NCBI RefSeq assembly: GCF_006345805.1
Contig: NW_021832122.1
Coordinates: forward strand, 62,001-126,000
Direction: 5' to 3'
Length of the DNA: 64,000 bases
Source of the DNA: Octopus sinensis
Lineage: Eukaryota
This document shows positions 1 to 12,339 of this stretch, in pieces; the stretch's first letter is position 1, and each line of letters opens with the position of its first letter. Made by a program: the position numbers and the translations under genes. The notes under the pieces were generated by a model. The model did not search any database. It was not told where the DNA came from and was given only the letters and a program-made list of their open reading frames with translations.

Positions 1-675
1 TTCCTCAAAATTTTTTTAGCAGTGTTTCATTTAGTTTCGTAATTTATAACCACGACAAAAACTGAAAATTTTCATGATTTTTATTGATTTTTCATTTTAT
101 TCTACTAAAGTTTTGATTAAAAAATGCCCCAGAACCCGAATGTGCTTGTTTCGTCATAATACGCGAAAATTACAATACTACTGTTTATTCTTTTCCAAAA
201 ACTGTTTCCGAAGAATGTTGGCTTTAATTACTATGGGTGATTTGAAATTAAAAATAACAGAATCAATACAGCCCCTTTGGCTGAAGCTTAAGCTATGGAT
301 AGTGGATCTGGACAATGCCTACCAAAAAAAAACTTATAGAACTCTGACCTTGGGACATCGTCGTCTCAGTCCGATCATTGTGGGCAGACTCGAACCTTTC
401 AGAAAGATCTACTTCGCTTGCATGAATCGGGGATCACGGGGATTATAATTAACTGGCTTACCCTGGTCTTTTGGTCGATAAAAATTAATTAAATTATCGG
501 GGTTACTATAAGATTTGGAATAAAAAATACGAAATTCAAAAAATCTTAATCGATGACTGTCATTTTTATCCAAAACCGCCAATCGGAAAAATAAAAATTT
601 TAATACCGACTGGACTTTCTACCATTTTAATTAACATTAATGATCTATTTATTGATAAAATTTCATATAATTTGA

Positions 676-2219
676 TTATTGAGAACATGCGTTAGCTAGT
701 GATCTTAGCGTAAAGTCAATTTTTTGATCGTTTTGTATAATCCGAGCTCTGGTTTTTTGCATTTCAGTTTCGAGTCTGCTAATTTCTTCTTTTAGTGATT
801 TTTGATTTTGAATGCAAAGTAGATCATCAGTTTCAAAACCTTGGTCTTCGATATTAGAGACCGCATATGATAGCTTTTCGTCTTCTTCTCTAAGCATTTC
901 CAATTCCTGCACAACAGAGGCGAGGTCCTCATGTTGGTGACTAAAATCAAAGAGCTTTAGACGAGTTAAAAAAGTCGACAGACCTTGGCCATCTGATTTA
1001 CTTCTGTCGTCATTTTTTGAACTGAGTCCCGAAGGTTTTTAATTTCAATGACGTCTTTTTCGTTGGCAACAAATTTTTTTTTGGTGATGATTTCTCCACC
1101 AGAAAATTCTTCCTTAGACTTTAGCAATTTTTTTACGAGTCCTCCTAATTAGATGAACTTTAGAGGACATCAAACCTTCTTCTATCAAATCGCTATCGTT
1201 TTTGAAATGATTTTCTTGCTCGACTATTTTTTCCTGAACAAGAAAGTCCTCATCTGAGGATTGTTCTATCTCAACAGTAGTCACTGGGCTGGCTGAGGAG
1301 GTTCCCTTCATTAAGTTAAAACTCAAAGCAAAACTCTTCTGCATATTGGGATGATTTTGTGGGAGGCCTACGTCGAGTTGTCACCGGTCGTTGTGGCAAA
1401 GATTTTTCATTTTCAATTTCTGGAGGTTTTTTGGAAATTGATTCTTTTTTAACAACTATTTCTTTACCTAAATTTGGTTTTAAGTTACTTTTTACCATCA
1501 TCGATGATAACTGGTTCGTTAGGAGTTCGTTGCTTATCGGCCTTGGCAGAAAGAGGCCTTTTAAGTTTTTTATTTGACATTTCTTGGTTTTTGAGAACAT
1601 CATTTTCCAACAGGGGACTGGGGTCATTAGATTCTTGAATTTTGGGACGATCAAATGATTTTTCGTTATTTTTTGTTATTTGAGGATGCTCAATTGGCTT
1701 TTCATTGAAACTAACAAGAACTTGATTTACGATTTCCTCATCTTTGTACTTCAATTTTTATAGTCCAAGTAAAAACCATTTTTTTCTTTGCGATTTGAGC
1801 AAGTTTTTGTAATAAAATATTTGTTTTTTCAGCTTCTAAACCTGCTATAATTTTTGAGGGTTTAACATCTATTTTTGAGTCGCTTGCCAAAGCTATAAAT
1901 TATAAAAATTATTGGATTCGAACATATAAATTCAATTAACTTTGACAAATATCTGACTCGAGATTCCTTGTCCTAAATTATGAAATATTGAGGGTTTTGT
2001 ACTTTTAGATTAGTGGGGTCCATTTCAAAACTAGAAAAAAGATTTTTCATGATTGAAACTGATTCTGCAACCTAAGAATATATTTTTGAAACATACCGCA
2101 GTCACAATGTCGTGAATAAACCTAAATGGAGGACGGAATAACAATTTTTGTGTCAATTGTGGTTTCCGAATTAATTTAATAAAACTTAATTCTGTTTTTC
2201 GAGCAATTTCTTCATTCAT
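676..2219 (-). CDS. TRAF3IP1: Intraflagellar transport protein 54 (TRAF3IP1/MIP-T3), multi-exon
   Basis: N-terminus [42 protein letters not shown] and [23 protein letters not shown] match the IFT54 CH domain. A charged linker is followed by a coiled-coil C-terminus ending [15 protein letters not shown]. Exons are joined by short GT-AG introns. Confidence 0.85.
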
Positions 2220-2369
2220 CTGAACCAAGTTATTCGACCTTGAATGATTATATTACCTTAGTAATAAAAATCAAATTAAATTAACAAAATGTAAGTTCCT
2301 CTAGTAACCTATTTTGATAAAAATTATGAAATATTATTTAATCAGATATTTAATTCATAAAGTCAGGGT

Positions 2370-2600
2370 TATACTAATTATCTTAACCTAGATCAGATTG
2401 TATCTGTATTTAAAAAAGCATAGGGAATTTCTGCAGATCAAAAAAGCATCAAAGTATATGTCTAGACAAATGGCTTGAAGAAAAATTGCGCGATCATAAA
2501 ATACACACGTGGTTTTAAAACTATTCTTCACTTTGCTGACACAATTAACAATAGCTGGGAATCAATGAAGAAACAAAAGGATTCTACAACTTGAAAGAAA
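2370..2600 (+). pseudogene. Possible degraded pogo/DDE_1 transposase C-terminal fragment
   Basis: NLDQIVSVFKKA and ILHFADTINNSWESMKK resemble the DDE_1 motifs PLDQGIIxxFK and AxxxIxxAW; stops are present. Confidence 0.3.
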
Positions 2601-3239
2601 AACAAACAATCTTACAAAATAACGAATAATGGCAGCAGGAGTTCAAGAATAAGGAAACTTGTTTGAAACTGCTAAACAGCAGAAAAAAATTTGCCAAAAA
2701 GTAAATTAATTAACAGTCAAAAAAAATTTGAGTAAATTTATAACTACTTTAATTTAATGAATTTTAATGAATTAATCAGTACGTTTTCATCAGTAATTAA
2801 TTAAGAAAACCCTCTTTTGCTTTCGAATCACTCAAAAAACTAATAAAGCAAAAAAACTAAAAAAATTCCTCAGGGTGTACATATAAACCAGGACTATAAT
2901 CTATATAAAAGAAATAGAAACGTTCGAAATGAATTCCATAATATGCCTTTTCTACTTTATCTCTAGAAACATTTTTGTAAATATTTTTAGGAAAAATATG
3001 TCACATTCCAGCAGTGTGCCAATGCCGTAAGTGTGCCTCCATTTTTAAAAAAATACCAGATGGGTTATTGCGAAGACCTTAGAGAACATGAAGCCGAGAC
3101 AAGGCATGAGTTATCGATGCCTGTTGAGGAAGTAGCCCTTGAAATTTTAATTAATTTCTAAAAAATCAAATCTTCAAAAAACTGCTCAATAAAGAACTTT
3201 CTTAACCCAAAAGAGTTTATTTAAAAATTCAATAGGTTC

Positions 3240-3800
3240 CCTATGCGCCCTACAGTCGCAGTATCTGTTCATTTAAAGAACTTTACAATTTATGTTTTCA
3301 TCTCCTGCTTCAGAAGCCATTAGACTTTCAGGTTGTTTTGTATTTGGCATAAAATCATTTCCAAGTCTGTTGAATTATATCAAACTCATCACATAATTCG
3401 TTTACATAATTCGTTCAAAATTTTAAATTCTTTTCCATTTTCGGTTTGCAAAATAATGGGAGATCCAATTTGAAAATATTTCCAAAAAACTAGATATTTC
3501 TTTTGTTGTCTTAGTTTTAGTTAATTCAACATCTGCATTCTTTGAAAGCAAATTAATGATAACAAGAACCTAAAAATATAATTATAGCTATACGCATAAA
3601 TTTAAATTTTTTAATTCCGAATATCTCCTTAAGTCAATAAGTTCGGCTATGGCAGTCAATGAGATTGGTCACATCTATCACGCGTACCTCTCGTAATGAT
3701 TGGTGTAATAGAAGATTTTGTGACATTAGCTTTTTTGACTAATCGTCTTTTTTAATTCTTATACCCGACAAAAAACACAGTTTATAATAAAAATTCAATC
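3240..3800 (-). pseudogene. Degraded Ginger/KRBA2-like integrase-core transposase, copy 1
   Basis: Frameshifted segments SITPIITRGTRDRC, VLVIINLLSK, GSPIILQTENGKEFK and ELCDEFDII follow the order of the KRBA2/Ginger integrase core (ILQSDNGREF). Confidence 0.65.
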
Positions 3801-4262
3801 TTTCAAGTAAAACTAATTTTTTTATGACTGCTGACTAATCATTTTATCTCGGCCAAAAATGATTATAATTATGTGATATTTAAAAGGAGGAAAACTTATA
3901 TAACCTCAATCATTGTTTGCTTTAGTTCTTTCTCTTATATACAAAAAAATCTAAATAAGCAATTGTTCTTTTGAATAAATGACTTTTCGTCGGAGAAATT
4001 CAAAATTTTTTGCGTAAATTTATGCCTTTATATTTATCAATCATTTTATCAAGCTCCCCAAACTCGCCGATTTTTTTATTTTTAAAATTCGACGCCCATT
4101 TTATGTTGAATTTAATTAATTATTACAATAATATAATAAAACCAATTTTTTAAAATTAGATATCTAAACAATGAATAAAATAAAGAGAAAAATAAAAATC
4201 AAGTTAAAAATCACGACTAATTCCCCTCGAATATCTATCCTTATTATTATTCTTATAAATAT

Positions 4263-4807
4263 TTAAATAAATAAAACCCTGCAAAAAATTGCAAACTTGT
4301 CACTTTCAATCAAAATCCCACGAGAAGGGTCTTCTCGAGTCTCGCATTGCCCATTAGTTAACTCAAAACTTAAAATTGGTCAAATATACCAAACCCAAAA
4401 GGAACAGTTCCAACAACTTCCTTTAAGAGTTGATCCCACTCTTGGACTCGAAGACAATTTTTATTAATATCTTCGTCCATAATTTCTTTAGACGTAAGTT
4501 GCATATCCACGGAATTGATTTTTTCACAATATTTCCCGTATAAATCGGCAGCCTTATCCACATACACAAGCATTGAATTTTCCAGTTGTTTAAAAGTTTC
4601 CTGAGTCACAAGATGCCCCAAGGAATGTGTGAGGGCGTGATTATTTGCATCTTTTAACATTTGGAGAAAACGAGCTGTGATATATAAAATCAAAACAAAT
4701 ATACAATTCGAAAAATTATGGGTAGATAATCTTTTAAGAATAGAATTTCTTGTTGATTTAGCTAAAAATAACGTGGATATAATATTCTTACAAGGATTAA
4801 TGTCCAT
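4263..4807 (-). CDS. Hypothetical protein (~165 aa, 2 tiny introns), function not recognised
   Basis: ORF 4370-4813 plus a 3' exon reached through a 26-nt GT-AG intron (...GTVPFG|FELTNGQCETREDPSRGILIESDKFAIFCRVLFI*). It lies head-to-head with LRRC61. Confidence 0.6.
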
Positions 4808-4921
4808 CCACAAGAAAAATAAAAAAATGCGCTAAATATATTTATTTTCAAAATAAATTAATTTCATTAAATTAATATAATTATAAAATAATAAAACTTA
4901 GCAACAATAAAAACCATCAAT

Positions 4922-5721
4922 ATGTCTTCAGAGAACAAAATTAAAAAGTTAACAAAAGAATTTGATTTTGACCAAATTTATTTTCTTAATCTTGCAAATC
5001 AGGGCATTACCGAATTGGGAGATATTCCAAATTGCAAATTTTTAGAAATTCTCAACATATCCAACAACTCAATAAAAAGTCTAAAAAATATTGAAAAACT
5101 TGAAAATTTAAAATATTTAAATTTATCCAACAATTTCCTCCAAAATTTAGGTTTTTTGTTTTATAATTTCCAGATAATTTGGATAGTCTTCATTTGCTTG
5201 AATTTTTGAATGTTTCTGGAAATAAAATATCAACGTTTGAAATATTAAAATACTTTTAGACTAAAAGAGCTAAGAGGACTCATTCCGCTATCAAAATTAT
5301 GCAATCTTCGACTTAAAAATGGAAATTCTGATCGATCAAACCCCATTTGCCAGAACCCTCACTACAAAAGCAATATCACTTTTCTTCTTCCTCAAATATC
5401 AATTTTAGATGGTTGGTGTTTAAATGTTAGTTTAGGTGATAAAATTGACACCGATAATGGAACATGTATAGTGGCCAGTTTAAAAAAATTAGAACAACAG
5501 ACTTTTGATTTTAAAAATAAGTATTTATTTATTTTTTTATTTTAATAATTAATAAAATATAAAAATTTTTAATTAGAATCAATGATATGTCTTGTAACAA
5601 GGCACAAAAATTCCGTGAATTTGATATTGAAATGGAGCGAAAGATTTCTAGAAGTCTTGAGAAACAAAATATATTAAATTATGAAATTTATGAATTTTAT
5701 CAAAAAATTAACAATCTTTAA
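4922..5721 (+). CDS. LRRC61: Leucine-rich repeat protein 61-like
   Basis: KEFDFDQIYFLNLANQGITELGDIPNCKFLEILNISNN LRRs and the LRR cap SNPICQNPHYKSNITFLLPQISILDG match LRRC61. There are four short introns. Confidence 0.78.
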
Positions 5722-5761
5722 ATTTTATTAATTTAATAATTTTTTAAATAAATATTTTTAA

Positions 5762-7275
5762 ATGAAAAGGTTTTTTGTGTGTTTGTGTATTTATATTATA
5801 TAGAGATGATAATAAGCCATATCTCGTACTTCCCAAAGTAAATGTTCGAGGATGTGAAGGAACACTATATTTACTACCCAATCAACTTGGTTGGATCCAA
5901 TTTGGACGCACTGACTTTACAATCCTCCACGAATATTCTTCCATTCACCGTATCCCCTTCATTTTATAATTCAAGTCCAAAAGGTCTCACTTGACACAAG
6001 TGACAAAGTAAAGCTCCAAATTGTGCTCCACAACGAAAACACGTGTGCATTCCATTTCGTTCGTGGTCCTTCGAAGGCAGACAATATGAAGGACCGGGAG
6101 AGTGCAAAAGAACTTTTGATGCATTTAATTCCAAAATATCGCATCAAACAAGACTCAGTGGATATTCAAAGAAAGAACATTCTTATTGCCGATCCAAATC
6201 TTTTCAAAGTCTACAAAGAGCTAGTCACGTGCAAAATTATATCAGAAGATGACTTTTGGGGGATATTAGGGAACGTATCTGCCTTATTTGAGTATTATAG
6301 GACACTCCCGCTCCTTCCCAGCCCGTTGGGGTCTCCGGGGACTTTCTGTCTCGTCTACGAGTAGACAATCATGCAAGCACGGTTCAAAGTTACCGACTAT
6401 CCAAGGAGAGCATTGAAGCAATTTTTAGAGTTTTTCCGCCAAGTTAATTCGTTTATTTATTCTTAGTCGCAGCAAAATATTCCGAATTGGTTCCTCATAC
6501 AATGCCACCGAAATTATTTTGGTCGAATTTCTTACAATCCCCTTTCTTTACAAAATCCAAGACATGCTCGAATATGTTTGCTGACTGCATGGAGGAGACA
6601 ATTCGGCAATATCGAGGACTTGTTCAATCAGTCGACAGTTCTGCTAATGTGGAATCTCAAAATCTGAATCGATTCTCCACTGCTTTGATGACGGATGTAG
6701 AATTTCCTGCCTAACTGATGTAGACATCCAAGAGACCTTGTGTTTCGATGGAACAAAGTAAATCTTGTGCCAAGAGGGGCGACGTTGGGAAGAGTAGACT
6801 GACCAATTATTTTGGATTAGCTGAGGGGACAACGACTAATCCTATTAGTTTTGGACAGAGGAATGCCCTAATGGCGTTTTCAGCCGACTTTGGGAACTCA
6901 TTTCCTCTTCATCTTAGAAATTTGGAGGAATTGGACTTTGTGGAGTCGTTTTGTTCAGTTTCAGAACAAGTAAAGTCGAATGTGAGTGAAACACATCGGG
7001 AGACTTTGTTTTCCCTTTACGACGCACTCCAGCATTTACTTAAGCTTTTCTGGTCTTTGTTTCCACTCAAGAGGAAAGAAGAGGAGATTAAAGTTTTGGG
7101 GGTCCTCAAGTCTTTGGAAACCTTTGAGATGACTAAGATCGATGCTTTTCAAAAATCATTGGAAGAGGCTCAGTTGCCTTCTTCTGGGACTGTTGCCCAC
7201 CTCAGAAGATGTATTGGAAAGGCTAAGTCTAAGTACGACTCTTGGGTAGCCAAACAGACAGTTAATAAAGTCTAG
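5762..7275 (+). CDS. GTF2H1: TFIIH subunit p62 (Tfb1)
   Basis: PH-like N-terminus (GTLYLLPNQLGW...KVKLQIVLH), BSD1 (DPNLFKVYKELVTCKIISEDDFW) and BSD2 (IEAIFRVFPP...KLFWSNFLQSPFF). Introns are 24-34 nt. Confidence 0.92.
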
Positions 7276-7466
7276 AATTATTGTTTTTTGTAATTAAAAA
7301 TACTTATTTTATGTAATTGCTTGAATTGGCTAAGTATTTTCTACGGAGCATATTCATTTTTGCTGCTAACGCTGTTTCTGAGCTAAACCTCAAAAATATA
7401 TAAATTATTAAAAAATTAAATAAATATGTGATATCGGCCCACAATTTCCTTTAAAGTTGGGAATTT

Positions 7467-7912
7467 TTTTTAAGAAGTGCACTTGTGGATGCACTTCCCA
7501 ATTTCGGTAAAAAGCGATGCTCCGGCCGTCCCTATCACTCCACTTGTCTCCACAGCAATCGGGACAAAGTGGTAATTTGGTGAGGAGAGGCGTATTTCTT
7601 CCGCTTCGTCTCCTCAGCCCGACGGGAAGCGAAGCCGGGGGAGGACGCAGACTGAGCAACGGTCCCGGGGGCAAAGGTGTCCGCGCAGGTAACATCCCAA
7701 ACGAGACATTTCCCCTCCGAGAATGGGAAGACCGTCATTCCGTCTGGACGCTTGCCGTCGCCACGGTCGAGGCCGGCAGGCTCCAGAACAGAAGGGAAGC
7801 CTGCGGCATTGAGGGCCTGTTTAACGACGTGGTTCAGGCCAGCGTGTCTCGGGATACGCCCGGTGCTTGAGCGGCACGAAAGGGGGTTGAGGCCATCGGG
7901 GTCAATCAGGGG
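7467..7912 (-). mobile_element. 5'-truncated CRE-clade (REL endonuclease) non-LTR retrotransposon fragment with short A tail and 11-bp TSD
   Basis: LSCRSSTGRIPRH...GKRPDGMTVFPFSEGKCLVWDVTCADTFAP...KRKKY / FVPIAVETSG. It is flanked by the direct repeat GTTGGGAATTT (7456-7466 and 7913-7923) and is strongly GC-rich. Confidence 0.85.
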
Positions 7913-8131
7913 GTTGGGAATTTATTTTATTTATTAAAAAACGATTCTTTTGATTATAATACGTTAATACAGTATGACCTTTATTTTGGGCACCTATTTA
8001 AAAAATGCCCCAAAAACAGAGGATAATTTTCTCTAATATGTGATAATTTTTTCTAGATCCGCATTCAGCGAAGAGTTGGGGATTTACCTTATTTGTTTAA
8101 AAAAGATTTTTTTATTATAATACGTCAATAA
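7913..8131. repeat. Pair of ~57-bp diverged direct repeats (7913-7970 and 8075-8131)
   Basis: gttgggaatttattttatttattaaaaaacgattcttttgattataatacgttaata versus gttggggatttaccttatttgtttaaaaaagattt...attataatacgtcaata. Confidence 0.7.
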
Positions 8132-8842
8132 CGGGTCGACAAATAAGGTGGCATTCTTCTTTATGGAATGCAAGTATCTACTGAAAACAATTCCGAAAGA
8201 TTTGTCCTTACACTGATGGAAATCTATTAAGTAACACATTTGAGTATGTAAAATAACAGAAAATAAAAGTCTAATTAAAGTATAGGCATTGGCATGGAAG
8301 TAATAGTTAACACTAAAAGATATAAATGCCAAATTTAATATATAAACACTGCAAAAAGGTATGAAAAGAGAAAGCCACTTTGTTAACAGTTACGGACACC
8401 AACAGTTGTAATGCATTATTTATTTGCCACGAAATTCTCTAACAGGCATAAAGAACAACCAAGTAATAATAACAGGAATGAGAATTGCGTTTAAATACAC
8501 CAAACCAATGAGAAATGGAACGACAATAGATGTTCAAAAAAATGGCATTTTTATGCGAATTCCATAGTTATACGCTGTTTTTAATTTTACTTGATAAAAA
8601 ATGCTACTCTCTGGAAAAAATATCCTGAGAAATATTCAGATGGCCGTCATTACTTCGTGATATTGGTAAGGATTTGGCGGTCATCGATTCACCAGTAATG
8701 AATAAATTTATAATTGGTTTCTACTCGCATTCTCACCTTTAGAAGAATTTCTTACACCAAAAAAAGTTCCAAATGCTTATTTTGGCCTTGACAGGTTTCA
8801 CTATAAAGGAAAGGGTATTTTTTATAACCCGGGTTTGCATCC

Positions 8843-9560
8843 TCATAATGGCGTATTATCACCGTCACTTTCAACTTCATCATATTTCCATTTTCTCCAC
8901 TTTTTCATATTTTCTCTCGATTTTACAATATTTGCAAGGGCTATTTTCCTTCTTTGGACGACTTCAAAATTTGTTTGATTTTTATTCCGTTTCCCTAAAT
9001 CAATGACAAACAAGAGGTCAAAAGCCTTTGTTTTTTTAGTTTTGTGGAAAGATTTATTGTAGTCTCTTGCCATTTTTTAACGTATGTTTAATAGCATCCA
9101 AAATTTCCATTTGATGCACTCGTGGATAAGATCCATTTTTAAAGATCGGTAAATTCTATTTAAACTAAACACAGAAATACCGTTTAACTTGCCCCTGTAT
9201 CCACGGGGCTCGTGTTAATTCGGTAACATGGTGAATTTCGTGCTCTTCACAAAGTTAATTTATTTCAGAATTTCTAAACTCCTTGCCATTATCATTATGG
9301 AGAATAAGTGGCCCCTGATAACACAAAAAACATGTCATCTTGGATTCCTCAGATCTCCTTAGCTGATTTGGTAAAAGCACATTCTACCATAGCAAATTTT
9401 GAAATGGAATCCAATAAAACAAGAATCTATTATGTGAACGGATACCAAATTTTAGTTTACCCGAAAAAGGATTTTTGACTTAAAAATACACCAAAAGTTA
9501 TCTGAAGCTTTTTAGTTGACAAATCAATTTTTGTAATAAAAATTTTTTATGAACGATAAG
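8843..9560 (-). pseudogene. Degraded Ginger/KRBA2-like integrase-core transposase, copy 2, with a tiny intron
   Basis: ILVLLDSISKF...ILHNDNGKEFRNSE...RAPWIQGQVKR|(25-nt intron 9156-9180)|IYRSLK...DYNKSFHKTKKTKAFDLLF; internal stops are present. Confidence 0.75.
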
Positions 9561-9605
9561 ACAAATCATTTGTGAGCGAAAGAATTTTTGAGAAATAGTT
9601 ATAAC

Positions 9606-11384
9606 TAGGGCAATTTAAGTTAAAAAAGTTAAAATATATGAAAATGTGTATTTTGGCTTAAAAGTAAAAATAAAGTATTTTTTAAATGAAATAGTTACTT
9701 ATTAAAGAAAAAAATAAAGTTAAAAAGTTAAAAAAATTTTTTTATAAAGTTAAAAATTTTAACTTTATTTAAAATAGCGCGTGGGTGTTTAGTATGCCAA
9801 GAACTGCAAAAACAATGTATTTTAAGGCAAAAAAAATTGTTATTGAATATCTGCTGGAGTTTTTATTACGAGAGAATGGCGAGTTGCAATGTCAACTTTG
9901 CTTATGCACAGTCAGGTGTGAGAAAAAGCATTTTGTGAATTCTCACCGAGAATCGAAGAAGCACTCAAATTTATTAAGTTTTTACAAATTAATATAATTT
10001 TTAGAGAATAATTTCTATCAGCCTTGTTTGGACGAGTTACCCAATGATGACTGGTCAATGCAAGTCACTAAAGCATTTATTCAATGCGATATACCCTTGC
10101 ATAAATTGACTATGCCTCCTCTAAAGAATTTATTAAAGAATACTTCTTTGCCTCTTCCTTCCCAATACAAAGCAAGAATGTGCGTTAAACAATTGAAAAC
10201 TGAATATATTGTATTATTTCAAGAAAAGTTTAGGTTTATGAATATATAATTTTTTAGAAATCAACTTGTATTCGCCATAAGTGACGAGGTCACTATTCGT
10301 AGTCAAAAATTTGTTGCAGTTTTAATGGGGATACTTAAAAATCCCGATAAAACTTATTTGATTTCTTTCGTAAAAATTGATAAAACTTCTACCAAAGAAA
10401 CAATTATTCAAATTGTTGACGATACGATTAAATGCGTTTTAATTGAAAGACAAAATTTCCTTCTCCTAATAACAGATTCCGCTAAATATATGCTAGCAGG
10501 TTTTAATTTAACATATAATTATAGCTGGAAAAGTTCTTAAGCTTTTATATCCAAGGTTATTTCACGTAACTTGTGTTGCTCATCTGATGCATAATTGTTC
10601 AATGAAAATCAGGACTATTTATCCTGAAATTGATTCTCTTATTGCATCAATTCAAGCGGCAATAACAAAAAATAACAAGAGAAAACGACTATTTAATGAA
10701 ATTGGAATTCCACCTCATGTAGTTTTAACTAGATGGGGTACTTGGCTAACTGCTGCATTTTATTATGCAAAAAATTTAATACATGTGATAAACATTTTCA
10801 AAACAATTCCTGATGATGGAATCATTGTTCAGGCTGCAAAAAATAGCCTAAGAGATGAATCTCTAGTAAAAAGCTTAAGTTCTATTGTTAGAAATTATTC
10901 GACAATTCCAGGTAAAACTAGTTTAATAATAGCAGAATTATTGTGCAAATTTGAAAGTTCTCACTCCTCAATAGAGTTAGCTTACAATGAGCTAAAGAAT
11001 TTAAAATTTGACGACGAATCAGATATAATTGAAAAATATTTGAATGAACGATTACAAAAAAATGATTTATGTCAAATTATAAGAATGACAAATTCATCAA
11101 TTTCTCCTGAAGAATATTGTATGCTTTTAAAGTGTCAGCCTTCATCCTCTTCCATAGAACGATGCTTCTCTCAAATTAAAAACTTTATGAGGGATAACAG
11201 AAATTTTAATATTGAAAATATAGAGAATTATGTTATATGTTTGTATAATAAATGATTCTTAAGTTAAAATTTGTTAGGTTAAAATTTTTGTTTTATAGGT
11301 TAAAATTTGGTTATTTTTAGGTTAAAAAGTTAAAATTTTTAGGTTAAAAAATCGAAGTTTTTAGGTTAAAAAAAAATTGCCCTA
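9606..11384 (+). mobile_element. Apparently intact hAT DNA transposon (1779 bp)
   Basis: 11-bp TIRs (TAGGGCAATTT), a perfect 8-bp TSD GTTATAAC (9598-9605 and 11385-11392), and subterminal RGTTAAAA repeats at both ends. Confidence 0.92.
9794..11255 (+). CDS. hAT transposase (CGGBP1-like, Zn-finger N-terminus), 454 aa after splicing four introns
   Basis: Introns 9978-10004, 10234-10257, 10500-10524 and 10912-10932 give a stop-free 1365-nt CDS. It contains CQLC..H..SKKH, SDEVT, ITDSAKYM, TCVAH, TRWGTW and SIERCFS. Confidence 0.88.
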
Positions 11385-11412
11385 GTTATAACGTAAAACA
11401 TTATTTTTAATT

Positions 11413-12190
11413 ATCTGAATGATCTCCCGGTTCCTATGGATAATAATGACATACTACTCTCCTATGCCGATGACATAGTTGTCGCATCAAGGGATGTAAA
11501 TGTCGAATACGCGAAGGAAAGACTACAAAGAATACTGGACGAATTATATGGATGGCTATATGAAAACAGACTACATGCATGTTCCGAAAAGTCAGCAGTC
11601 ACCCTATTCACGAAAAACAGGAAGATGGGGACGAAAACTATTGAAGTCACGCTGAATGGAGTCCCAATACCACAAAAGAAAACACAGAAGATATTGGGTG
11701 TAACGTTTGACACTTTCCTCTGTTTCTCACCTCATGTTGAATCGATCGTGTCAACTTGTATAAAGAAAATCAATCTTGTGAAAGCCTTTCTTTCGAACTG
11801 TGGGAGAACTTGTCCGCCAGGGGTAGAGACCCTTTACAAGCAGTATATCGAGCCAACAATAGGCTATGCATGTGCTGCTTGGGGCTGTAACCTGGCGGCA
11901 ACGAACCAACTAAAAATCGAGAAAATCCAAGAAAAATCCATAAACATACTGAAGGACCATACCGACATGAAAATTGTCCATCGAACACTGGAGTCTCTTG
12001 TAGAGGCAAGTGGGAGGGATCGTGGAGATGGACCACAAGCATTTCACCGTACATACAGAAAGTGTGTGGGGTCACGGTCTGAACATCGTGAAAAGATGGC
12101 TAGACTGTTGAGAAGTGTCGGAATCACCTGAACACGTTAGTTAATGGTTAAGACGGTGATTCTGTTTTTGGCTTAAATAATAATAATAAT
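11413..12190 (+). mobile_element. 5'-truncated LINE (jockey/I-like RT C-terminal half) with (TAA)n tail
   Basis: YLNDLP...LLSYADDIVV...KILGVTFD...YKQYIEPTIGYACAAW; the element ends in TAATAATAATAAT at about 12177-12190. Confidence 0.8.
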
Positions 12191-12339
12191 CTAATACCCA
12201 AGAGCTTAGTTATTCATAATAATTTAACTCGTGTAACAAAATTAAATTTATACTTTAAATTTTAAAGGATCTAGGCTTTATAATATCTTTAATAAACATG
12301 TTTCAGGTTGAGATGGTGACGTAGCTTTATCATCCACTG

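Noticed and set aside
74-448. 124-aa ORF at the window start
   Set aside because: I could not recognise a family in any frame or splice combination; a weak Sec63-like resemblance was unconvincing.
7408-7937. Overlapping ORFs 7408-7695, 7517-7870 and 7677-7937
   Set aside because: These are alternative or antisense frames of the GC-rich CRE fragment.
8130-8760. Possible piggyBac remnant on the minus strand
   Set aside because: Only scattered short resemblances (ITTVGVRN, ILNLAF..NAY) in inconsistent frames.
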